48,381 nt of DNA, taken from positions 1 through 48,381 of the forward strand of contig SKYG01000123.1 in assembly GCA_007128045.1 (NCBI GenBank), written 5' to 3'. The stretch comes from Bacteroidales bacterium. Its GTDB lineage: Bacteria > Bacteroidota > Bacteroidia > Bacteroidales > UBA7960. Numbering within the stretch: position 1 is the stretch's first letter; every line of letters starts with the position of its first letter. The position numbers were made by a program, and so were the translations under genes. The notes under the pieces were generated by a model, which saw nothing but the letters and a program-made list of their open reading frames with translations, did no database searches and was not told the DNA's origin. Positions 35,937 to 44,463 of the stretch are shown in pieces.

Positions 35937-36043
35937 AAACACATGAAATACCCATGACAAACGCTTTGACACACAGACGCATGATTGTTTTTCATGGGGG
36001 TCAAAGGTCGAAGGTCGAAGGTCAAAGGGAAAAAAATAAACAC
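35937..36043 (+). repeat. About 100-nt start-codon-abutting repeat element (reference copy)
   Basis: AAACACATGAAATACCCATGACAAACGCTTTGACACACAGACGCATGATTGTTTTTCATGGGGGTCAAAGGTCGAAGGTCGAAGGTCAAAGGGAAAAAAATAAACAC|ATG (tyrA start at 36044). Confidence 0.9.
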
Positions 36044-36889
36044 ATGAATATTTGTATTGTAGGTATCGGTTTAATCGGGGGATCTATAGCCATTGATTTG
36101 CGCAATAGGGGTTTTGCAAAACAGATCATCGGTGTTGACAGCAATCCGCACCACGCCACCATCGCGAAGCACAGTAAGTTGGTTGACGATATAGACACCC
36201 TGGAGAATGGGATAGAAAGGTCAGACCTCATCATCCTGTCAACCCCCATTGACTCTATCAAAAAACTACTTCCCAGAGCATTGGATTCTGTAACAGGAAC
36301 CAAAAAAGTCATTACCGATATGGGATCTACCAAAGGTGGGATGAGTAGTCTGGTAGAAAATCATCCAAACAGAAAAAACTATGTTGCCGCACATCCTATG
36401 GCCGGGACAGAATATTCCGGACCACTTGCCGCCATCGGCAAACTGTTCGACTATAAATGCGCCATCATATGCGACAAGGAGAAAAGTAGTCCGCAAGCTT
36501 TAAAGGTGGTGAAAAAAATGTTTGATGTTCTGAACATGAAGGTAATTTACATGAATGCCAATGAGCACGATGTAAGTGCAGCCTATGTATCACACATCTC
36601 CCATATTTCGTCATTTGCCCTGTCGTTATGCGTACTGGAAAAGGAAAAGGATCAAAAACGTATACTAAGCCTGGCCAGTGGTGGGTTTGCCTCTACCGTG
36701 AGGCTGGCCAAAAGTTCGGCTGACATGTGGACGCCGGTATTTGAACAAAATTCGATGTATGTACTTGAAGTGTTAGACACCTATATCGAAAAATTGAAGA
36801 TGTTTAAAGCCTATATCGAAAGCAACAACCAGAAAGGCATAACCGATCTTATATTGGAAGCAAATAAAATTCAGAAAATACTTAACTAA
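36044..36889 (+). CDS. tyrA: Prephenate dehydrogenase
   Basis: Start called at ATG 36044, giving MNICIVGIGLIGGSIA (a Rossmann GxGxxG right at the N-terminus). AHPMAG motif. The 30 upstream in-frame codons are repeat-element sequence. Confidence 0.85.
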   Translation: MNICIVGIGLIGGSIAIDLRNRGFAKQIIGVDSNPHHATIAKHSKLVDDIDTLENGIERSDLIILSTPIDSIKKLLPRALDSVTGTKKVITDMGSTKGGMSSLVENHPNRKNYVAAHPMAGTEYSGPLAAIGKLFDYKCAIICDKEKSSPQALKVVKKMFDVLNMKVIYMNANEHDVSAAYVSHISHISSFALSLCVLEKEKDQKRILSLASGGFASTVRLAKSSADMWTPVFEQNSMYVLEVLDTYIEKLKMFKAYIESNNQKGITDLILEANKIQKILN

Positions 36890-36916
36890 GCACTGAACCA
36901 TCAAAATCATATTACA

Positions 36917-38005
36917 ATGAAAAACCTGGCCCCTATTCTTCCCATTGAGAACTGGGAAAATTATAAACAACGCCCGCTCGTTATTGCAGGACCCTGCAGC
37001 GCTGAAACAGAAAAGCAGGTGTTGCAAACAGCCATCGAAATAGCAGAAAGTAAAAAAGTAGATATTTTCAGGGCAGGGCTCTGGAAGCCAAGGACAAGAC
37101 CCGGAACCTTCGAAGGTGTGGGAAGTGTCGGGTTGCCCTGGCTGAAAAGGGTCAAGGAAGAAACGGGCTTGCCTGTTGCTACAGAGGTGGCAAACGCCAA
37201 ACATGCTTATGAAGCACTGAAGTATGGTATCGACTATATCTGGATAGGAGCACGTACAGCCGTCAATCCTTTCGCCGTGCAGGAAATTGCCGACTCATTG
37301 GAAGGGTCAAACGTGGGTGTTATGATCAAAAATCCTATAAATCCAGACCTGGACCTGTGGATGGGCGGTATAGAACGCATCCGAAAAGCAGGAATCTCAA
37401 AGATTGCGGCCATACACCGCGGATTCTCCAACTATGAGAAAACCCAATACAGAAACATCCCCCACTGGCAGCTGGCCGTAGAGCTGAAACAACTGATGCC
37501 CGATTTGCCCGTAATTTGCGACCCAAGTCATATTACAGGCGACTCATCCCTGCTGTATGAAGTTTCCCAAAAAGCGATGGACCTGAACTATGAAGGGCTG
37601 ATGATAGAAACACATATTGACCCCGAGCATGCATTGAGCGATGCCGCACAACAGGTCACCCCCAACGAACTAAAGGAAATACTCAGCAGACTCATTATGA
37701 GAAGTCCGGTTTCGAGCGATAAAGGATTTCTCGATGTGCTGGGCGAGCTGAGAAGCCAGATAGACCTGTTCGACGACCAACTGCTGAATATACTGGAACA
37801 ACGGATGAACGTGGCAAAGACCATCGCCAAGTATAAGAAGGAAAACAATATCACCATCCTTCAAACCAAACGGTGGACAGAGATCATCAAAAAGAGTATT
37901 GCCAAAGGAGAACAGAAAGGACTGAGCAGCGAGTTTATCGACACATTGTTCAAAGCCATTCACCAGGAGTCAATCAACCACCAGACCAAGATAATGAACG
38001 AATAA
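36917..38005 (+). CDS. Bifunctional DAHP synthase (type I-beta) / chorismate mutase (C-terminal AroQ domain)
   Basis: 362-aa ORF. The N-terminal 260 aa are DAH7PS-like (GPCSAE...KPRTRPGTFEG...CDPSH). The C-terminal about 90 aa are AroQ-like (LRSQIDLFDDQLLNILEQRMNVAKTIAKYK...). This fusion type is described for Porphyromonas and Prevotella. Confidence 0.85.
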   Translation: MKNLAPILPIENWENYKQRPLVIAGPCSAETEKQVLQTAIEIAESKKVDIFRAGLWKPRTRPGTFEGVGSVGLPWLKRVKEETGLPVATEVANAKHAYEALKYGIDYIWIGARTAVNPFAVQEIADSLEGSNVGVMIKNPINPDLDLWMGGIERIRKAGISKIAAIHRGFSNYEKTQYRNIPHWQLAVELKQLMPDLPVICDPSHITGDSSLLYEVSQKAMDLNYEGLMIETHIDPEHALSDAAQQVTPNELKEILSRLIMRSPVSSDKGFLDVLGELRSQIDLFDDQLLNILEQRMNVAKTIAKYKKENNITILQTKRWTEIIKKSIAKGEQKGLSSEFIDTLFKAIHQESINHQTKIMNE

Positions 38006-38112
38006 CCCTGTTTGACGATGCATGCAAGATTCAGGCTTATGTTCGTACCTTTAGCACTTGCATGGTTTAGGTGTTGAATTGTTGAATTATTATAATACAC
38101 AACTGAATAGTC

Positions 38113-39135
38113 ATGGAAAGAATTCCTGTAAAAGGACAATTTACCGAGAGTGTAGTTTTGGTGGGCGAAAGTCTTCATAATCTGAAGGAACATTTGCCTG
38201 CTCAAAAAGTGTTTGTAATTACCGACCAAAACATCCATCGTCTCCATGGCCGATCGTGGGACATGTACCCCTGTTATACCCTGGAGGCGGGTGAAAAAAG
38301 TAAGGTGCTGGAGATGGCAGGGTCAATATACCGGTGGTTGATACGCAATGATGCAGACCGTCGCTCATTCATTCTTGCCGTTGGAGGTGGCATGGTTTGC
38401 GACCTTGCAGGCTTTGTAGCTTCCACATTCATGCGTGGCCTGGAGTTTGGGTTTGTGGCTACCTCGCTGCTGGCACAGGTCGATGCCAGCGTGGGCGGAA
38501 AAAATGGTGTCAATATTGATGGATATAAAAATATCGTAGGCACCTTTAACCAACCAAAATTTGTAATCTGCGACACCAACTCCCTGCAAACACTCCCAAC
38601 AAAAGAGTTAAAAAACGGGTTGGCCGAAGTAGTAAAACATGCACTGATCGCTGACGCCGATATGTTTGAACGTATAGAAAACAATTTGTCAGCAATTCTT
38701 GACCTGAACCCTGATATAATCAATTACCTGGTGTCACGCTCCGTACATATAAAAGCCGGCGTTGTAACACGCGATGAACGGGAAACAGGCCTCCGCCGCG
38801 TATTGAACCTGGGCCATACCTGGGGCCATGCAGTAGAAAAAACCGATGGTATTTCGCATGGACAGGCTGTAAGTATAGGTCTGGCCTTCGCCGCTGATCT
38901 GTCAGTAACAAAATCCTACCTAAAGAAGCACGAACGCGACAGACTTGTTCAGTTGTTGCAAAACCTCGGACTCCCTGTAGATACCCAAACACCCCGCAAC
39001 GTGATCTTCGATGCATTGCTGAAAGATAAAAAGAAGGAAGAAGGAATCATGCACTTTGTACTGATGAAAGGCATAGGCGACGTTGTAATAGAGCCTATTC
39101 CAATTCAGGAACTTCGTGAGTTTGCCTGCCTTTAA
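38113..39135 (+). CDS. aroB: 3-dehydroquinate synthase
   Basis: 340-aa ORF. GGGMVCDLAGF, the DASVGGKNG(V)N nucleotide/metal motifs and HTWGHA are present. Confidence 0.9.
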   Translation: MERIPVKGQFTESVVLVGESLHNLKEHLPAQKVFVITDQNIHRLHGRSWDMYPCYTLEAGEKSKVLEMAGSIYRWLIRNDADRRSFILAVGGGMVCDLAGFVASTFMRGLEFGFVATSLLAQVDASVGGKNGVNIDGYKNIVGTFNQPKFVICDTNSLQTLPTKELKNGLAEVVKHALIADADMFERIENNLSAILDLNPDIINYLVSRSVHIKAGVVTRDERETGLRRVLNLGHTWGHAVEKTDGISHGQAVSIGLAFAADLSVTKSYLKKHERDRLVQLLQNLGLPVDTQTPRNVIFDALLKDKKKEEGIMHFVLMKGIGDVVIEPIPIQELREFACL

Positions 39136-39170
39136 CGGTGTACGGTGAAATGAACAGTGTACGGTAAGCT

Positions 39171-39212
39171 TTAAACCATAAACCTTAAACCATAAACCTT
39201 AAACCATAAACC
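39171..39212. repeat. Tandem TTAAACCATAAACC x3 (alternating 7-mers) in the aroB-aroA spacer
   Basis: Read directly from the sequence. It ends 5 nt before the aroA ATG and is preceded by GTGTACGGT x2 (39138-39167). Confidence 0.95.
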
Positions 39213-39217
39213 CACTA

Positions 39218-40462
39218 ATGCAATATGTCGCACATCCATCTTCTGTAAATGGCCGGTTACTGGCTCCCGCATCGAAAAGTGCCGCCCAGCGGGCTATTGC
39301 CATTGCATCCCTGGCAGAAGGAACGTCAGTAATTGTACGTCCTGGCAGCTGCGATGATGTGCAGGCTGCCGTCAGTGTATGCAAACAGCTAGGGGTACAT
39401 ATTGAAGAACATGATCACCAGATGCATATTACCGGCGGCATCAGACCACCCGGTAATGAGCTGAATTGCGGTGAATCAGGCCTGGGAATACGGATGTTTT
39501 CAGGGGTTGCTGCCACACTTAACGAAGAAATAGTACTTACTGGAAAAGGCAGCCTCATGAACAGACCTATGTCGATGGTCGAACAGTCTTTACTCGCCAT
39601 GGGCGTATCATGCCAGACAACTGGGGGGCGGCTGCCCATCTTCATTAAAGGCCCATTTCCGGGAGGCGCTGCTACTATCGATGGATCTCAAAGTTCACAA
39701 GTACTCACAGGCATACTAATCGCCTCACCCATGGCAAACAGCGATGTGGTGTTATCCGTCAATGACCTGAAAAGCCGTGAGTATGTCGACATTACCACCC
39801 GAATCATGAAGCTTTTCGGTGTCAACGTCACCAATAACAATTACAAAGAATTTATTATCCCATCAAGACAACGATATAAAGCCACACAATACCGCGTTGA
39901 AGGCGACTGGAGTGGTGCTTCCTTTCTGTTGGTAGCAGGAGCCATAGCCGGGCAGATATCCATTGAAAACCTGGATTTGTCATCCGCCCAGCCAGATCGT
40001 AAAATTATGGAAGCACTTCAGGATGCAGGAGCCATATGTATAACAGATAATAACACGGTAGAAGTAAAAAAAGGAACAACAGCATTGCAAGCCTTTTCTT
40101 TCGATGCAACACATTGCCCCGACCTATTTCCACCCCTGGCGGCACTGGCAGCCAACTGCAAAGGCAAATCCAGCATCCTGGGTGTTAGCCGTCTGAAATC
40201 AAAGGAAAGCGACAGGGCAGCTACCATCATGGATACATTCGGAAAACTGGGATTAGATATTTCATTGGATAGAGATGCCATGATCATATCAGGTGGTCAG
40301 ATAAAAGGAGCAGACATTCACTCTCACGGCGACCACCGCATCGCCATGGCCGGAGCTATTGCCGCACTGAATGCTGACAGAAAGGTAACTATCGGACATG
40401 CCGATGCCGTAAATAAATCATATCCTGAGTTTTATAAAGACCTGGAAAGCATAACCTCATAA
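39218..40462 (+). CDS. aroA: 3-phosphoshikimate 1-carboxyvinyltransferase (EPSP synthase)
   Basis: 414-aa ORF. LAPASKSAAQRA (KS..R motif), ESDR and HGDHRIAMA motifs are present. Confidence 0.9.
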   Translation: MQYVAHPSSVNGRLLAPASKSAAQRAIAIASLAEGTSVIVRPGSCDDVQAAVSVCKQLGVHIEEHDHQMHITGGIRPPGNELNCGESGLGIRMFSGVAATLNEEIVLTGKGSLMNRPMSMVEQSLLAMGVSCQTTGGRLPIFIKGPFPGGAATIDGSQSSQVLTGILIASPMANSDVVLSVNDLKSREYVDITTRIMKLFGVNVTNNNYKEFIIPSRQRYKATQYRVEGDWSGASFLLVAGAIAGQISIENLDLSSAQPDRKIMEALQDAGAICITDNNTVEVKKGTTALQAFSFDATHCPDLFPPLAALAANCKGKSSILGVSRLKSKESDRAATIMDTFGKLGLDISLDRDAMIISGGQIKGADIHSHGDHRIAMAGAIAALNADRKVTIGHADAVNKSYPEFYKDLESITS

Positions 40463-40464
40463 CT

Positions 40465-40525
40465 CACAACCCATAATAGGGTAACCTGGTAACCTGGCAA
40501 CGCTGGGTTCCCCACAACCCGCAAC
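40465..40525. repeat. Oligomer repeats in the aroA-aroC spacer (CACAACCC ... GTAACCTG x2 ... CACAACCC)
   Basis: Read directly from the sequence: CACAACCC at 40465 and 40513, and GTAACCTGGTAACCTG at 40481-40496. Confidence 0.85.
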
Positions 40526-40535
40526 TAATTATACG

Positions 40536-41519
40536 ATGAACACATTCGGACGAACATACAGGATACATATCTTCGGCGAGTCGCACGGACCACTGGTAGG
40601 AATCACCATCGATGGTTGTCCGCCGGGACTCCCACTAACAGAAGACGATTTTATGGCTGACCTGGAACGCAGAAAGGCAGGGGCTGTAGGAACCACTCCG
40701 CGAAAAGAAGACGACCTCCCGGAAATCGTCACCGGCTGTTTCAACGGGTTTACCACCGGGGCACCACTAACCATTCAGTTTGCCAATAAGAATGTTCGTT
40801 CTGGCGATTACTCCAACCTTATAAAAACGCCAAGGCCAGGGCATTCTGACTTTGTAGCATATAAGCGTTTTGAAGGATTTAACGACCACAGGGGCGGTGG
40901 CCACTTCTCCGGGAGGCTCACCCTGGCACTGGTAGCTGCAGGCGTTGTGGCAAAAAAATTGATCTCACCTGTGGCCATACAAGCCAGGCTGATACAAGCC
41001 GGGGGCAATCCAAATATTGAAGAAGCCGTAAAAAATGCCCTCGAAGCAGGTGACTCTGTTGGAGGCCTGGTTGAATGCAAGGCAAACAACATCCCCTTGG
41101 GATGGGGTGAGCCATTATTTGATTCAGTAGAGTCGGTGATCGCTCACCTGGCATTTGCGGTACCGGCCATCAAAGGGATAGAGTTCGGATCGGGCTTTGC
41201 CGCAGCCGGCATGAAGGGCAGTCAGCACAACGACCCGATACTCGACGACAGCGGTAAAACAGCCAGTAACAATGCAGGCGGGATCACTGGCGGACTGACC
41301 AACGGCAATGAACTGATTTTTAGGGTTGCAGTAAAACCTACCTCCAGCATATCTGTAAAACAGTCGACATTCAGTCTGGAATCAGGAAAAGTCGAAGAGC
41401 TTGAGGTAAAAGGCAGGCACGACGCCTGCATTGCGCTACGTGTTCCGGTTGTCATTGAAGCCATTACAGCCATAGCACTAGCCGACCTCAAGATGCACAT
41501 GCAAGCCAGAATAATATAA
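40536..41519 (+). CDS. aroC: Chorismate synthase
   Basis: 327-aa ORF. FGESHG, RPGHSD and GGGHFSGR motifs are present. Confidence 0.9.
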   Translation: MNTFGRTYRIHIFGESHGPLVGITIDGCPPGLPLTEDDFMADLERRKAGAVGTTPRKEDDLPEIVTGCFNGFTTGAPLTIQFANKNVRSGDYSNLIKTPRPGHSDFVAYKRFEGFNDHRGGGHFSGRLTLALVAAGVVAKKLISPVAIQARLIQAGGNPNIEEAVKNALEAGDSVGGLVECKANNIPLGWGEPLFDSVESVIAHLAFAVPAIKGIEFGSGFAAAGMKGSQHNDPILDDSGKTASNNAGGITGGLTNGNELIFRVAVKPTSSISVKQSTFSLESGKVEELEVKGRHDACIALRVPVVIEAITAIALADLKMHMQARII

Positions 41520-41562
41520 CCCGGCCTATCAGCAGGATTCTACCTTTCATGATATTAATCAA

Positions 41563-41595
41563 CCTTCAGACCTTCAGACCTTCAGACTTACAGAC
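41563..41595. repeat. Tandem CCTTCAGA x3 plus CTTACAGA in the aroC-downstream spacer
   Basis: Read directly from the sequence. It is the reverse complement of the GTCTGAAG units at 30886-30901. Confidence 0.95.
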
Positions 41596-41608
41596 AATTT
41601 AGAAACAA

Positions 41609-42082
41609 ATGAAATTCAACAGTAGAAGTTATTACAAGATCGACATGGCCATCACACAATGGATGGCAGAGAAAGGCTTGTTAATACTGCGAATAAGCAT
41701 AGGAATCATTTTCCTTTGGTTCGGAGGCCTCAAATATTTCACAGGCCTTAGTCCGGCAGAAGACATTGCCATTCAGACCATCAGGACCATCACCTTCGGC
41801 TTCGTTTCTGATCAGCTCATCCTTTACGGACTCGCAACCTGGGAGGTGCTTATTGGTGTTGGGCTTCTGTTCAGAATATTTCTCCGGGAAACTTTATTAC
41901 TGCTTTACCTCCAGATGATCGGCACTTTCATGCCCGTTTTCCTGTTCCCGCAGGAGGTCTTCCATATCTTCCCCTATTCATTGACCATGGAAGGCCAGTA
42001 TATCATAAAAAACGTGGTGGTACTAAGTGCAGGCATCGTGCTGGGTGCTACCGTGAGAGGCGGCCGCCTGGTGCCGGAGTAG
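41609..42082 (+). CDS. DUF417/DoxX-like small membrane protein
   Basis: 157-aa ORF with 4 predicted TM segments. RISIGIIFLWFGGLKYF resembles the YkgB/DUF417 N-terminal motif. Confidence 0.55.
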   Translation: MKFNSRSYYKIDMAITQWMAEKGLLILRISIGIIFLWFGGLKYFTGLSPAEDIAIQTIRTITFGFVSDQLILYGLATWEVLIGVGLLFRIFLRETLLLLYLQMIGTFMPVFLFPQEVFHIFPYSLTMEGQYIIKNVVVLSAGIVLGATVRGGRLVPE

Positions 42083-42094
42083 ATAATCGCAAAG

Positions 42095-42811
42095 CTACCT
42101 GCATCCTTTTAAAAACCCCTGCCGGGTTTCTTCATCGAACTTTTCAATGGCATAGCGGAGCATGGTTCGGGGCATCGTGTGGTAATGCTTCACCAGAAAT
42201 GTGTATTCTACATCATAGTCGCGTTTACCTATCTCGCGCAGCATCCATCCCACGGCCTTGTGAATCAGGTCATGAGGGTGATGGAGCAGGATTTCAGCCA
42301 GACGAAGTGCATCATCGTATTGTCTTTTCGAGATGAAGTGCATGGTGGTGATAACCGCTATGCGCTGTAACCATAAATCTCCGGAAGCAGCAAAGTCATA
42401 CAACAGACTTTTGTCCCTATCAATCAGCCAGGGCCCAAGTATTTTGTGGCAGGATGAGTCTACAATGTCCCAGTTGTTCACCCCCGATATGTTTTCAAGA
42501 TAGCAATCAACCACCGCTTGTTTCTCCTTCTCTGTTTTTGCTTTTTCATACTTCAGCACCAGCAGAAAAACTGCCGTAAGCCGATGCTCATGGATGTTTT
42601 CGTTGAGTAGCAATGCTATTTCATCCAAACTCATTTCCTTATAGAATTTCTTTGATACCGTGCGCTGATCGGGTACTTTTATGCCTAGAAAAGTATCACC
42701 TTCACCATACCCACCGGGAAAAGTCTGGAAAAAACGGGCAAGGTCACCAGCTCTTTTCTTTTGATCGGCATGGGAGAGAAGGGCGGTTTTTATGTTTTGG
42801 ATTTGGGTCAT
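42095..42811 (-). CDS. DNA alkylation repair protein (AlkD/HEAT-like repeat family)
   Basis: 238-aa ORF. The N-terminus ...ADQKKRAGDLARFFQTFPGGYGEGDTFLGIKVPDQR and WxxNWD(I)VD are typical of the DNA_alkylation family. Confidence 0.8.
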   Translation of the reverse strand: MTQIQNIKTALLSHADQKKRAGDLARFFQTFPGGYGEGDTFLGIKVPDQRTVSKKFYKEMSLDEIALLLNENIHEHRLTAVFLLVLKYEKAKTEKEKQAVVDCYLENISGVNNWDIVDSSCHKILGPWLIDRDKSLLYDFAASGDLWLQRIAVITTMHFISKRQYDDALRLAEILLHHPHDLIHKAVGWMLREIGKRDYDVEYTFLVKHYHTMPRTMLRYAIEKFDEETRQGFLKGCR

Positions 42812-43084
42812 GGTTTCAGAAATGAAGTTGCGATGATTATTGATCTTTGGTCATTATCTGCCGGAACTTATAATCCAACCCAAGCAGTATCAGAACAATG
42901 AATGACATGTAAAGATAACGGAATATTTGCCTTTCTCCCCTTTTACTCTGATTGAGTATAGCGCACCAAACGGAGCTACTCGTAGCGCTCTAAACAGAGC
43001 CAACTATAGTTAAGCGAAAATCCAACGAAATATGTTTCCATATATTAGAACTTTTAGCTATCTTTGCGATAATAAAAGCAATTA

Positions 43085-43429
43085 ATGAAACAAAAATTCG
43101 ATATTATTCTGCTGGAAGAAGTGTGGAAGTTCTTTGATACCATGGATGAAAAAGTTAAGGACAAGATTATTTACAATATTGATAAATCAAAGTATATAAA
43201 TGACCCTGAACTTTTTAAGAAATTAGAAACGGATATTTGGGAATTCCGCACAAAATATTCTAATCTAAACTATCGAATTTTAGCTTTCTGGGATAAAGAA
43301 ATTAATATCGAGACCTTAGTTGTCGCTACTCACGGAATTATTAAGAAAACCGACAAAGTGCCGAAGAAAGAAATTGAAAAGGCAAGAGCGATAATGAAAC
43401 GCTATTTTGAACAGATAAATAAAAAATAA
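43085..43429 (+). CDS. Type II toxin, RelE/HigB-like (phage Gp49/DUF891-type)
   Basis: 114-aa ORF. The pattern ...IWEFRTKYSNLNYRILAFWDK...VVATHGIIKKTDKVPKKEIEKA is typical of Gp49-like killer proteins. It is followed 6 nt later by an HTH gene. Confidence 0.7.
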   Translation: MKQKFDIILLEEVWKFFDTMDEKVKDKIIYNIDKSKYINDPELFKKLETDIWEFRTKYSNLNYRILAFWDKEINIETLVVATHGIIKKTDKVPKKEIEKARAIMKRYFEQINKK

Positions 43430-43435
43430 GGACCC

Positions 43436-43765
43436 ATGGAAAAGTCAGAAAGAATAAGAACATACTCCCTTGACCAACTGAAAGACAAGCATCTTGGAAA
43501 AGTCGGAACAGAAAAAAGAGATAAATACGAGTATGAATTAAGACTTGACTTATTAGGTGAAATGATAAGGCAAACACGCAAGGAAAGACATTTAACACAA
43601 TCGGAACTGGGAGAAATGATTGGCGTTCAAAAATCACAAATTTCCAGAATTGAGAGAAACGCTAAAAATGTAACTATTGCCACTATCCTGAAAGTTTTTA
43701 ACGCCTTGAAAGCCAAAGTGAACTTTAACGTTGAATTACAAGACGGGGATTTCAAAATAGCCTGA
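43436..43765 (+). CDS. XRE-family HTH antitoxin (HigA-like)
   Basis: 109-aa ORF. LTQSELGEMIGVQKSQISRIERNAKNVTIATILKV is a Cro/C1-type HTH. Confidence 0.75.
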   Translation: MEKSERIRTYSLDQLKDKHLGKVGTEKRDKYEYELRLDLLGEMIRQTRKERHLTQSELGEMIGVQKSQISRIERNAKNVTIATILKVFNALKAKVNFNVELQDGDFKIA

Positions 43766-44463
43766 AAAACTTTCACCGTCCGCTTTTTCTGATTGTTCAC
43801 CATCGGAACGGTGCTCTCGTCAACCTGATTATATAATTCTGTAAATCTAAAAACGGATTTTCAATAGTAGAAATTACAGACTCATACTCGCTTGCAACAC
43901 CTTTATCGGCTCATTAAGCACCCTCATCTTCTTTCGTTTTTTACCTTTTCATGCCAGGGATACCTTTGTCCTGTCAATTCAAATTTTTTATTCACAGACA
44001 AAGAATAAGTTTGTCCACGCTAAGTGAAGCCTCTTCTGTGGGTTCTTTGGAGAATTACCTTACAATATGGTAAGCCGGAGAATCCACAGATCTTTAATCA
44101 AAAAAGATGCATTTATTTGTTATGTCAATGTCTTTCTGCCCTAAATTTGAAATCAGTTTGAACAGGCATTTTGTGAGTACTCTTAAGCCTTAAACCTTCT
44201 CTGATCATGTTCTTTGAAGAAATCCATAAACAAGATCCTTTCAAAAGTCTGCTAAAAATTCTGAAGCATTGATGCTGATCATTTATTTGATTGGATATGT
44301 ACAAAAAACGTTCATATTGTCCAAATATGGACAATATTTTTATTTGATGGTTTGTTGGATGGGTAATTTTTATCATGCAAGTGATTATTTTCTAGTGCAA
44401 TATTATTGGTGGCATATATTTTGTGAAATATGAAACCGACTCAAAATATTAAAAACAACAACG

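Noticed and set aside
35954-36043. 30-aa N-terminal extensions (MTNALTHRRMIVFHGGQRSKVEGQREKNKH and variants) on the tracked ORFs 35954-36889, 31012-31677 and 11508-12170, read as genuine shared protein domains
   Set aside because: The identity is at the nucleotide level and lies within a repeat that also occurs out of frame at trpE. The downstream ATG gives canonical N-termini: Rossmann GxGxxG for TyrA, MKKILVLDNYDSFT for TrpG. The A-rich tract directly precedes that ATG.
44125-44376. 83-aa minus-strand ORF in the AT-rich islet
   Set aside because: No motif, no plausible start context and AT-driven composition. It is kept only as part of the islet observation.
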